Both the position numbers and the translations under genes were made by a program. A stretch of 64,000 nt of DNA. Source: Camelus dromedarius (lineage: Eukaryota). The notes beneath the pieces are model-generated. The model saw only the letters and a list, made by a program, of their open reading frames with translations. It searched no databases and had not been told where the DNA came from. Below are positions 37,951 to 50,189 of the stretch, one piece after another. Each line of letters begins with the position of its first letter. Position 1 is the stretch's first letter. Location of the stretch: NCBI RefSeq assembly GCF_036321535.1, contig NC_087437.1, positions 13,704,001-13,768,000 on the forward strand. The letters are read 5' to 3'.

Positions 37951-40900
37951 ACACGCTTGCGTAGGACTGTCACCTGGTATAATATTAGCAACCCTGACTG
38001 CTGCTCTGTTAAGTATCAGTAACATTCAAAGTGACAGTGATTTAAAAAAAAGACCCCCCCCCCAACACATGCACACACATTTCCTATCAGTCCCTTTTGG
38101 ACAGTACAGAGGTGGTCCCCTGAATCATTGCTGGGGGGAGGAAGAGACTAGAAGCAAGAAAGGTAGAGATTGTAGTGACCCAACGTTGAGATAATGAGAA
38201 TGAGAACTGAAAAGATAAGACAGATTTTACAGGCATTTCAGAGATAGGATTGGTGAAAGCTCGCTAGTGAAGTAGATGTAGGATTTGAGGGAGAGTGAAC
38301 TGAAGATGTCTACGTTCTAATTAAGGTGATGAGGTGGAGAACAAGGCTAGGTTAAGAGATGCCATCCACAGCGGGACTTGCTGAGTATGAGGTACATGTT
38401 ACACACGCAGGTAAACATCCTGTTCAAAATTTAGGCCTGGCACGCAAGAGAGGCTGAGATCAGACAGGTAGCTTTCGAGGTCTTATGAATATGAGTATGA
38501 AAATTATGTTGTAAAACATATCCCAATGTATTTTGTTTTCATAGAAAATTTAGTCTACTTCTCTTCCCAGGGCTCTTATGCTATTGAGACCATGCCAGGA
38601 GGCTGAGGCTTAGAAACCGAAGGGACGGCCTGGGTAAAGGATACCTGGGGAAGGAGAAGGATGTGCTGGAAGGGCAATTTCAGGCCGAGTGGACAGGGAA
38701 CTGAGTCTTTCTAAAACTCAAAGAAACCGATAGGAAGAAGGTGAGAAGGCAGGTACAAGCAGCCTTGCTTTTCCTCCTCGAATCCACACCAGCAGGGGGG
38801 GTCCCCGGGAGTGGGATACGGAAGATGGTGGAAACGCACAGAGTGTTTGAGAGGGGCAATCCAGGTACAGCCAGAAAAGGCTGGACGCTTCAGAGAAGCT
38901 TTGTAGTCATCATGATACTGTATACTGTGTGATTGGATGGGCACTTCCTCATGAGGGTAGATGGCTTGTCTGTTTTGTTCTCTGTGGCCCAGCACCTAGA
39001 ATAGCACTTAACACCTATAAGGGATGCAATAAGTATTTGCTCAATGGATAATTGAATGACTGGCATGTGAAACAGAAGAGCTGGCAAGTATGAAAATGGT
39101 GCCTGAGCTGGTGGGGCTGACACAGTGCCCCTGGCTGCCTGCTGGGTCCCCATGCGTGTAGCACGGATGAGAATCCAATCTCCCATGTGCCCCACTGGGG
39201 ACATAGAAGGTGGCTGTGGTGATAGCTAGCTAGCTAACCGGGCCGTCACCGCATGGAGAGCCACAGAGAAGACAGGTCGAGCCAAGGATGCCGAGGGAGG
39301 TGCTCCAGAGCCACAGGGATGGGATCACCTGACCTAAGGCCAGTGGAGGCCAGCAGAGGAAGGGAGTGCAGAGCTGCCGGTCCTCTTCCAGCAGTGTGGG
39401 GAGGACGAAGCTTCCTCCTGCGCCCAGCTGCCATCTTGGGAGGAAGAAATCGAAGAACCCTTGAAATGGGAAGAGAAACTTTCAGGCCAAAAGAAACTAA
39501 CATAAGTGATAATGACTACATTTACCCTTTTCTGCCACCAGCAGAAACAGGCGTTCAAAACAAAATGGTACATGATTATAGAAAATAAAATTCCCCTTTG
39601 GTTCCCCTTTTTTACCCAAATTCATGTGAAACAAAAATCTACGGGGCTGGATGGAGCTCACTCAAAGGAAGAAGAAGAAGAGAAGCAATACAACTAAATT
39701 TAAGAAGCCAGGGTTGAAAGAAAAAATGAGAGTACTCGGAAAGGTCAGATGGAAACCAGGTTAGAGGAGCATAGGGGAAACCACAGGGGGGAAAAAAAAG
39801 AAAATTAAGAGGGAGGTATAAACAATAGGGTGAATTAGCCTTCAGTGAAACAACGTGGTTAGTTGGGAGGTACTTCGGAGAAATTCAAGGTTTTAGTCCA
39901 AACTACCCAGAATTAAATCTAAACAAGTTAACTAAACATTCACAAACTTCTGCATCTAGCACCAGCCTGCTTTCCCAAACTTTTCAAAATATTATAAAAA
40001 TATAATGCACTGTACATAAAAAATATACACTGTAAATCAGGAGACCCTACTCTCAGTCCTAAGCCTGTCTCTAACTGGCTCGGTGACCTTGAAGAAGTCT
40101 CTTAACTTATCTTGGTTTTCTTTTGCTTGCCTATTAAATTAAATCATAAAATAATCCCATTTACAAAATGGGATTCTCAGTTCTAAGTGAGCTAAGTTGG
40201 TCTGTCTGGAGTTTCAGCACGTCTGCTATTCTTTTCCTCCCGGGAGTAACTTCCTTACCCGGTTTTCAAGGCCCGATCTTTTGCTTTGAGGGTTTCCCTA
40301 AACTGTCACCTGCGTAACTCGTTTGACAGCTACCCAGACTGTCTGGAATCAGGCATTTTCCCCTGCCTGTATGTCTTGGCTTCCCAAGTAGATTGAAAGT
40401 TACTTTCCAACTGAGACCACTGCTGATAATTTTTCATACCCTTCACAATACCAGACACGGAGCCTTACATTCAGAAAACACTCAACAATTCTTGTTCTTT
40501 CATTAATTATAGACTGCAAATGGTTTCCATTTTCTCTCTCTGCACCGTTCTCTGATAGGCTAATGGATGTGGAAGCAGTTCCCCCAGAATGAAAGAACTT
40601 ACTAAACTAGCAAAAATAGATCATCATTAAGCTTTAAAACAGGGAAGGTGAAGGTAAAAGTAGCTGTCAAACATCACTGGAAGAGAAGTGGTAAAGCCTG
40701 CAGACCTCACATGGGGAGAACACACTTCTCTTGGAATCAGTCTTTGGCTACCCTGGAACATTCAACTCTGCTCCATTTGTACACCTAGAAATCTGCCTTA
40801 TTCACCTACATTAATCCACAAAATCCCAATAACCTGAATGAAATTGGAGGTTTTCCAATGGTTATCCAGATATTTCTAGGCTGCATTTTATTTTTAAACA

Positions 40901-41578
40901 TTTCACCTGGTATTTGCTAGTGAAGATCTAAGCACCACACTACAGAAAAGTCTGTAACCAATTCTGCTGTCTGGGATGTAAGATAATACCCCACAGATGA
41001 TTCTGTTGTGTTTAACACGCCGTGTGCCGCGCCAAAACACCAATTATGATTTTGACTTTTACAACACCACAATGCCCTCTGTATTACAATAGCCTTTTAT
41101 TAGTACGTATTTAAGTAAAAATTGTACCTCATTTTTATGTGCTTTATTCTTATCACTTTTTTAACTTATGTTCTGATTATTTCATATTTTGAATTATAAA
41201 AATTAGAAAGCTTAACTTTCTTCAAAATAAAAATCCTGCTTCACTTTCATAGATGGTAAACCACAGTACACAGGCATGAACTTTACTTGACCGCTCTGTC
41301 TTTTTGAAATGTACATTAATTTTATTTCTTTACTAGCCTGTTATGAAAATTGCCATTATTAAGACTAAGCTAACATGTGAAAATAAATAGCATACATTCT
41401 GTGAGAAAGGAGACTTGAATGTTTCATATCAATTGTTTACTTACCCATTAATTTGCAAAATTTCAGTATTTCACAATGAATCTGCTTATTGGTGCTGGTA
41501 ATTAATAAAGTTTTCCTGAAATCTACTCATTTCTCTTTCCTTTGGCTATTATTTATTATTGGATTATATAATTATATT

Positions 41579-41735
41579 TTTTAAATAAGGTTTTTATTTA
41601 TTTTTGTGGGGGAGGAAAGTAATTAGGTTTATTTACTTATTTACTTTTTTTTTTAGAGGAGGTCCTGGGGATTGAACCCAGGACCTCGTGCATGCTAAGC
41701 ATGTGCTCTACCACTTTGAGCAATACCCTCCCCCC
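41579..41735 (-). mobile_element. Young camelid tRNA-derived SINE (Vic-1 type) with 11-bp TSD ATAATTATATT
   Basis: Minus strand reads GGGGAGGGTATTGCTCAAAGTGGTAGAGCACATGCTTAGCATGCACGAGGTCCTGGGTTCAATCCCC; TSD at 41568-41578 and 41736-41746. Confidence 0.9.
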
Positions 41736-43404
41736 ATAATTATATTATTGATATTAACTACTCTGAGAGAACATTCCACTATGTATGAGATGAAATAATC
41801 ATAATACTATAAGACTGCTTAAGAAGAAAATACATAAAATTTTATACCTATAATTTTTCTGCCAGCAGCAGTATAGATGTAAGTTCTGAAAAATAATAAT
41901 TTGTACCCAGTGAAGATAATGCCAGTTAACTACATGTTGTCTTTTGATGAGATGCAATCATATTTCCTCCTCAGTTCTTTAATAAAGCTGCATTTTTTTT
42001 TCCTTTTAGAAAACTTTTGATTAATCTTGAAATGAAAAATTATCAGTATACCTAAAATAGTGCAAAGAGAGGAAGGTATTTTACAGTTCCTTCAAATAGG
42101 AGTGCAAATTTTGCTTTGAAGCCAAGTAGTTCTCTACAGTCCCTGGAAGACTGAACCTCCATGAGGCACCGGGGCTGGCCAGCAGCGGGTGCTCAAGAAA
42201 TATTTTTAAACTGCATGAATAACACGCAGATTTAGTACTAATGGACCACCCGTACCAGATTAACAAGTTGCATCAACAAACTATTCTTCTAACGTAGGCA
42301 TTGCTTACTTTATAAATAGATGCTATCTGATAATTTATATTATTTTTTAATTTGCACAGTATATTTAAACACATTAACTTTTTAAATCCTAGTGCCCTTT
42401 GCAGTAGGTAATATTTTCCCCTTAATTTACAGATGAGTACAAAACTTCCAGAACCTCAAAAATCCCTCCATGTAGGTAGATCTTAACCTTCATGGCATGG
42501 GAGCTAGATTTCCACAGTTAAAAAATGTCCCTGCAAATACATATTGGAATACTGATGGGTGAAATGGTATGGAATCTTGCATTTGTTTCAAAATAATCTA
42601 GGAATAGCAATGATAAATGACTGGTCCAAAGTAAAAAATTGTTGGAGTGGAGGGATCGGTACATAAATCACTCTCCTTACTTCTGTAAATGTATGAAGTT
42701 TTTCACAATAGATAGTTTTTTTTTTTTTAAGCTGAGACGAATAAATTACTAAATAAATGGTCTTTCTCAAGGTGTTTTGCTAAAGATAAGAGGATTTCTG
42801 CTGTTAGATTTTAGACTAACTCTATCCACTTCTACATCAGCTACATGAATCTAATATAAATTGTCTCTTTTATATCCAACTGGAAATTGGTTAAGTAGCT
42901 TTGCAGTGAGGAAACTTAACAGAAAGTCCAAATATTTAAGATATAGAAATAGCTAAAGCTCTTGCATTGGAGTTTACTGCTAACAGTATACTCGGAATGC
43001 AACATGACATCCAGAGAATGCGTTTCTCATGGTCACCTAGTTTTTACGAAGTTCAGTAGTAAAATAACAAGCAACAACGCGCACCCTGACTCCCATGTAT
43101 GACGTTTAGCTGAGCTCTGCAAGAGCTGAAACTCCATGTTATATGTTCCTAAACACAAACTTGGCCTTAGATAATCATCATGGATGTTCTGTGAAATCAC
43201 ACGTGGGCTCAGCATTTAAGGCAATGAAGATAAAAGGGTTTTCTCCCCCAAATAAAACCATGTTGAATCTTTAATTTCTGGAACCAAGTATGTCAAGACA
43301 AAACCCACCAAATGGTAGTGCTTTCCTTCTTAAAAAGAAGGAGTTTGCTAGAAGCATTGTTAACCACGGTATCAGAACTGACTCTTCTTTGAGATCAGAT
43401 TCTT

Positions 43405-43469
43405 TTGTTTTTAACATTTTTTATTGATTTATAATCATTTTACAATGTTGTGTCAAATTCCAGTGTAGG
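43405..43469 (-). mobile_element. Very short (about 65 bp) L1 3' end insertion with TSD GAGATCA(G/A)ATTCTT
   Basis: Reverse complement of the L1 terminus seen at about 13270-13330; duplicated 14-mer on both flanks. Confidence 0.85.
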
Positions 43470-44313
43470 AGATCAAATTCTTATATAATATTCTTCGCTG
43501 AGGCAGAGCAGGTCCTTAGGAGCCTCAAAAGGAATTTAATGATCAAGAATGGGTATTGTAACCTATTGCCTTGGGCCCCACCCCTAGGAGGGAAGAAAAG
43601 AATGTTTACAGGTTGAAGGGCCCCTTAATAGGCCCCTGCTTTGCTCAGAGCATAATCAAAGGATGGGTTATGGGTCAGGACACAACGAAGGCACAGAGGA
43701 AGGAAGAGACGGACCAGAGCATCACTGGCACTTGTGGAAATGTGTGGCTTGGGCATCCCTTTGTCAAGCTATGCTCAAAAATAACATTTAATATCAAAAT
43801 AATTTAGAGGTTACTGGCAAGAGAATAAAAGCACATATTCTGATTTGAAGCATGATAATATTATTACCACCACAGACACACAGTAATGGAAGCAATTACA
43901 CTGGCTAATGAAAAAGTTAAGGCAAATATTATTTCCTTCTCTAAATTAACATACAATAGTTTCATCTATATTTTCAAAATCAGATTGCTGAAGAAATTCA
44001 ATATAAGCATTCACTGTTATTTATACAAAGATCATTTTATAAAGCTGAAGAATTTCTAAGAAATCTTTCTGATACCTCTGGCTTTATAACATACAATAAA
44101 TTATGGGTTAGTTCTTTGGAATATCAGTTATATTGACTTAATTTTAATTATAAGATATCAAAATGGATGGAATGGATTTCACTATTATGTAGTGAAATAT
44201 TACATGTAACAATTAATAGTTTTCTAACTTAAGATGAATCTTCCTTAAGCCATGAACAACCTCAGACAGCCTATCAGAATGCATCCTGAAGAGACTGAAA
44301 GATTCTCACTTAT

Positions 44314-44527
44314 ATGAAACAGCAGAGTGGGCTCACACTGACATGTGACTGAGTGCTGGTTGGCTTCCATAAAATGCCTCTGTGTGTGCCTCTGTTCCGG
44401 TTCCAACTTCTTCTCCAAGGCCAAGTGGGATGCGGATAAATTGTCTACATATTTCATCACAACATCTGATATCATGAACCTGACTTCTACTGTATCTAGG
44501 CGGGCTTCTGCACCAGGAGTGAGACAT
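44314..44527 (-). pseudogene. NEK10: NEK10 exon (kinase subdomain XI plus coiled coil), 214 nt, splice donor destroyed
   Basis: Acceptor cttatcttctcttag|A, then CLTPGAEARLDTVEVRFMISDVVMKYVDNLSASHLALEKKLEPEQRHTQRHFMEANQHSVTCQCEPTLLFH versus recalled human CLTPDAEARPDIVEVSSMISDVMMKYLDNLSTSQLSLEKKLERERRRTQRYFMEANRNTVTCHHELAVLSH (both 71 codons). Followed by ATAAGT instead of GTAAGT. Confidence 0.92.
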
Positions 44528-45711
44528 CTAAGAGAAGATAAGCTGATTATAGCACTCCGGTCAAGTCGGGACCAGGCCACCAGGTATGGAGGGTCAAGGT
44601 TCAATTCCACCCTGTGTCCACCATGGCATTTCCACCCAAGAGAATCTGGGATAAGACAAGCATGAAGCATAGTTTTGAACCCAACAACTTCTCAAGAGGC
44701 ATTCGGAAAGTTTGGGAAGAAGAGGGAGGCAGAAGTTTTCTCTTTGTAGTTGGGGTGGTAGACCCCAGGGTCAGAGGCTGCACACAAAGCTGATCCTCAG
44801 TCTCAGGCTGGGTGAGTGGTGGCTGCTTCTCTTGTGTAAGTCGTTATTTTTCAAAACCACTCCAACTCACTGGCCAGTGAAACAAAGAGAGATCTCAGTA
44901 ATGTAGGCTCTGTTGATCACACTTGGTGCACCAAAAGGAGGGAAGGATTCTGGCAAGTCACAGAACTAGTGAGTCTTATAAAACATGACATCATAAAAAT
45001 AAAACCCAACCTGGTTACTTAGAGGTTTAAGATGTGTAATTTTTTAAATTAGCTAACTTGATACATTGCATGCAAATATTTTTTTGTGATTTTTGGATGT
45101 AGGAAATACAAATCAGCCAACTAAAGGGAATATTGGTCCTGTCACACCTAAACCCTAATAGCCTATTCTAAATGCCCATGGAGACAATGATCAAGACCAC
45201 TGGTTAGCATGCTTTAAATATTTTTGGCATTCACTATAATATTTTGCCTATTTTTAAAAATTCAAAATCTCTAACTTCACTGAAGTCATGTGTACCTGTT
45301 CAATAAAATTTAACTTAATTTGGACTTTGAGAAAAAGATCTAATTTTCACATTGGTGATTTAGCAACCCATAGTTAACTTTCACCCGTACTGATGTCTCC
45401 AGGCAAGATTTAAGAATTATTACACACAATTACTCTTTATAACAGAATCCAAAATGAGACTCTAACTTGTTAATTTTCTAATTATCCTTTCTTGAGTTTA
45501 TTAACCATGAGTAAAACGCACGTGTCTTAATCAGATTTTAAGTCACTACATTATTGTTTCGTGCTTTATCTATATGTTACTTCATTTTAAGTTCTAAGTC
45601 AGTAAGCTGGCACATGGTTATGACAGGCACTTCTACATTTGGTGGATTCATATTTAACAAAGTTCAGTCTATGCATTTATTATATACAAAGTAAGGCAAG
45701 AGACAGTGGAT

Positions 45712-46366
45712 ATAGGGCCAGCTACATAATTTGTGGGGTTCCCCATGCAAAGTAAATCCGTGGAGCCCCAGTATGGAATGGGGAGTTCAATCTTCCCTTC
45801 CCACACACCAGCATCCCACTTGACAATGGGTGAGAGACCACCCCTCCCCAGGAGACTTCAACCTCCATGCCTGTAGGATGTGGGCAAGAGGTCGCCACCG
45901 AATCGCCCACCAAACAGGTCATGGTCAGGGATGGCCTCTTCTTTGCCCCAAAGAGGATGTCACAGGGTGCAAGCTCCACCCAGATCTCTTCACAGCATCC
46001 ACACCCTACTGGAAGAGGAGGGTAAAGAGGAGACACAGGCCTCCCCTGCTGACATGCCCAATCATCATACCAGGTAGAGGGCAGAAGCAGCAATCAGACA
46101 GGGACAAGGAGATGGAGGTAGAGGCCAGACGGAGGCCCGGGAGGCTAGGAGCAGAAGGCTGGGAATCTAAGTCAGGTAGGCAAAGAGCTGGAGAGACCAC
46201 GTATGAGCTAGTGTCCAAGCCCCCAGCACACATGTTCTTTGTCCCATCAGACTTCACTTCTAAAACACATACTCAAAGATAAAATTAGAGAGAATTTCTT
46301 GACCCAAGCATAGGGCCATTTTGCATGTAGGGGCCATGTGCAAGGTCATAACATGTGAGGCCACCT
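45712..46366 (-). mobile_element. MER45-family hAT-Tip100 DNA transposon remnant
   Basis: Terminal tagggccagctacataatttgtgggg and ...ggggccatgtgcaaggtc...gaggccacc ends. Confidence 0.65.
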
Positions 46367-46849
46367 TGTGTGGCAATGACATATCTGTATTGAAGTTTCT
46401 TACTTTTGTTCATAATCACAAAAGAAGCTAAGTGTTTAATTTCACTTTCTAATTAAGTCAGGCTCTTCATCTTCTTCACTGAATTAGCAAAAGGGATTAA
46501 AACTGATAAAAAAAAATACTTGGCTGACCAAGTGTTGGTTATGATGACCATGTGGGTATAAACCCAGGCATCTAAACCTCTCATTAGTGCAAGTATTCTG
46601 AATTCTTAGTCTGCAGATATTTAAACTGACTCAGAGTGGTATCAGTTGAATTATCAGCTGAGCCTTTTTTTTTTTTTCTATCAAGAAGGCAATCTAAGTC
46701 ACCTTTACAAATTATACGGTTATATATTATGGTAAATGGGAACCAGAACGGCCTCCGTTCTTGCATTTGGTCATCTCCTTCTCTCCCAGAGTTTCTCCTC
46801 ATCCTCTATTTGCCATCAGTGGAAAAGGAACCACTTGTAAGATGCAGTT

Positions 46850-47822
46850 TAGCATCATAATTAGGCCTGAAGGCTCTGGGTTCAGATTGCTGGGGGTTAA
46901 ATCCCAGCTCACGCTTTATTAGCTCTGATCTTGGGCAAGATTTAGCTTCTAATTCTCAGATAGCCCATCTATAAAAGGGGATGATCACAGTACCTTACCT
47001 CATCGAGCTGGTTTGGTGATTATGAAGCCATCTTGCAAAGTGCTGGCACATCGCAAAAGCTTAATAAATTAAAAAGAAAATCCACAATTTTATTTCTCTC
47101 CCATCCCCTCCCTCATTCAACGAACACAAAATTCTGTGGCCTTTTTTGAATCCATATTCTTCCCCACTATTGGCCTATTTCATCATCACTCATTGAAAGT
47201 ATCCTAAAAGGCACACACATCACTTGTCTGCCTCTGACCCGTACTATAAACTGCTACCAGAAAAATATTCCATAACTTACAACATCAGTCCTCTGCTCAG
47301 AACTATTCAGTAGCCCCTCATAGCCCAGAAGGACAAAGTTAAAACCCCCAGCATGTCATACAAGCCCCTCCTCAACTGGCCTCCCCTCCCTTCACAGAAT
47401 TGCCCCCTCTACCCCCCGCCAATGACACACCAAATGCTCCTCCCTATTCTTTCCCAAACAGGGTATGGCTCTCCTATGCCCCATTTCTTGGTCATTTTGT
47501 TCCCTCTGCTTGAATTTGGTTTTTACTAATTGTGTCCACCTTTTCCCAAACCACTCCCCTCATCTTTTCCAAATCTCCATTAGGAAGACTTCTTGGACCA
47601 CCCTCAGACAGACTTACTGCCCTGCTTTAAATGTTCTCATTGCACTGTCTATATTAAATTACTTAAAACTACTCTAGTTTTTGTATTGCAATGATCTCTT
47701 CCACCACTAGAAACTGGAAAAGACGAGGAACACGTCTCCTTCACCATAATCTGTTCAGCATGTAAAACAGAATCTGAGTCCCGATGGGTACTCAGTGAAT
47801 GAATGAATAAATGAACAAATGA
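46850..47822. mobile_element. MIR (about 46850-47070) followed by an L2 fragment ending in (TGAA)n
   Basis: aaatcccagctc...cttgggcaag...catctataaaaggggatgat; L2 3' end gtactcagtgaatgaatgaataaatgaa. Confidence 0.7.
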
Positions 47823-49212
47823 AAGTCTAACATCTAAGAATTAGCTTCCCATAACCTAAAATATTTGGCCACAGACTTTTGGAATCCCAGGAATATCACA
47901 TACCAGAAGTCCCAGTTGACCTTACTGCTTTGAAATGCCTCCCTAATTAGATATTTCAGAGAAATTCCTAAGAGCAACCAAATGTTTTAATGATTCTTTA
48001 ATCAAATAGACATCAAATCATGTTCTGGGGAAAAAAAGTCTGGAATATTCCACTCACTCACTCTACCTACTTTGCCTCCACTCTGCTTTGAAAGACAAGC
48101 TGGGAACAGAGGCATTCAATGTCCAACTGTATTCATTTCCTGTTTTATTTAACAGAAAGTTGAAGGTGGGGTGGAAAATGTAAAAATCCACCTGTCCTTA
48201 GAACTAGCTGAAAGCATTAACTTTGCTAATCATTCTGATTGCCTCTGAAACAAAGCGCCAGACAGCTGATGCAACCAGGCACAGATAGCGAAAAATGAGG
48301 CCATTGGAAAATTTTGCTCATAAAAGAAAATGTTCTTCCTTTTAAACAAGTAAACAGATAATGCTCTCTTAACAGTGTACCGGAAGGTAAAAATAGCAGT
48401 GCTGATACTGTGCAGAGTAACAAAATCTATTTATTTTCTGCCCCAAACTCTTCAGGATTACAAGCTCTTCTCCCAGTTTAAAAGCCTACTGGGAAAGAAA
48501 AGTTCCAATGACAAAATGTGCTTGCCCACCACATGAACAAACAGGGAAAAGGAAAGATGCTGCTCGTTAGAAATACAAACTGTGGGAGCTCTACCTGACA
48601 AGGATACAGGAAGTGAAAATGAGAAGGTGGTAAGGTAGGAGAAGAAAGAAGGTCTAAGTGATTGGATGCAACACCTAGTTTAAAATTAAGAATGAATCTC
48701 GTGAACATTTCCATCACTGGTTGTCTTGGATTTTGAAGGCTCTATGATGTTACTAGTGATTGGCTCTGAGCCTGATTTGCTGAGTCATGCATGATTATTA
48801 AGAACACTTTTGCCTTTAGGTGTCCCTTACATCAATTTCCTGAAAAAAAAAAAAAATGGGGAACTAAGAAAACAGGAAATTGAACTTGTTCCCTAATTCT
48901 TTTGGAACTTAATTTTTAAAGTCTACAAATTCAAATTAAATATGTAATTGCATGTGACTCATGACTGACTTTGGTTTTATGGTTTAGATTTTCTAAAGAT
49001 GAAACTTTATTTGTGATGTGAACCTGGACAATGAGTCTTGAATAACTTTAAGTGAAAATTACATATGTTATAGACTGCACACTGCAATCTTAATTTGTAG
49101 TCAGTTATAAAATTAAATAGTCAGTTCTACTTATTATGGTATCTTAGTATCTTAAATTTAAAGTCTACTCAAAAACATTTTCTGGAGTCCCCTAATACTG
49201 ATCATTCATCTT

Positions 49213-49485
49213 TTTTTTTAACATTTTTTTATTGAGTTATAGTCATTTTACAATGTTGTGTCAAATTCCAGTGTAGAGCACAATTTTTCAGTTTTACATG
49301 AACATATATATATTCATTGTCACATTTTTTTTCGCTGTGAGCTACTATAAGATCTTGTATATATTTCCCTGTGCTATACAATATAATCTTGTTTATCTAT
49401 TCTACATTTTGAAATCCCAGTCTGTCCCTTCCCACCCCCCACCCCCTTGGCAACCACAAGTTTGTATTCTATGTCTATGAGTCTA
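49213..49485 (-). mobile_element. Young L1 3' end with TSD GATCATTCATCTT
   Basis: Near-identical to the reverse complement of about 21175-21447; duplicated 13-mer at both flanks. Confidence 0.92.
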
Positions 49486-50189
49486 GATCATTCATCTTCT
49501 TAAATATCCTGGTGACAGGGAACTCACCACCTACCCAGCAGGCTGCTCCACTGTTCAGTCTCTAATTCTGACACACACACTTCCTAATGGTGAGCCAATC
49601 TTGGTCTCTAGAACTTACACTCCATGGTCTTGGCTCCATTTGCTGAAGTTCCACATAATAAATCCATCCAATTGTGTTTATACTTTCAATATTATTCCAT
49701 TTTCCCAGCTAACTAAATTATTTTTAAATCCTTGTATGATTGTACTTCAAAACTTGTTAACTCAACTTCAGCCCACAGTGGAAACAACCCCACTATTCTC
49801 CATCAACACCACCATCACTCCAGTCAAAGCCACCGTCATCCCTCAGTGGACAGTTGAACTTGCTTTTCCCTCCCATTTTCATGCCCTTCAGTCTATTCCC
49901 TGGAGATCAGTCAGCATGATCCTTGCTAAATAAGAAATTTTAGCATGTCTCAACCTGTTAATAACCCTTCAGTCCTCTCCTTTACTACTGGAGATAAAAA
50001 TTCAAAACCCTCAGCATGGCCTATAGAACCTAGTCAACCTGAACCCTGTCAGCCTCCCAGGTCAATTTTCTGTCTGTTCTCTCCCTTACTTGATATGCTG
50101 TATCTCCAATTTCTTTCAGTTCTTCCAACTAAGCAGCTGTTTCACTCAAGAAAGCCTTCACAGATGCAGGTCTACGAAATTCTTTCATG

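Larger units (their letters stand above)
10280..44527 (-). pseudogene. NEK10: Decayed 3' portion of NEK10 (NIMA-related kinase 10); intron-containing, two recognisable exons, both with lesions; gene extends beyond these limits
   Basis: Two minus-strand segments with splice acceptors translate to peptides closely matching recalled human NEK10, in the correct order and orientation. Confidence 0.88.

Noticed and set aside
41655..41735. tRNA-like sequence as a tRNA gene
   Set aside because: It is the head of a SINE with an A-rich tail and TSDs.
44345..44665. Plus-strand 106-aa ORF, and the full 141-aa minus-strand ORF 44245-44670, as independent genes
   Set aside because: The plus ORF is the antisense shadow of the NEK10 exon; the minus ORF is that exon plus intronic read-through.
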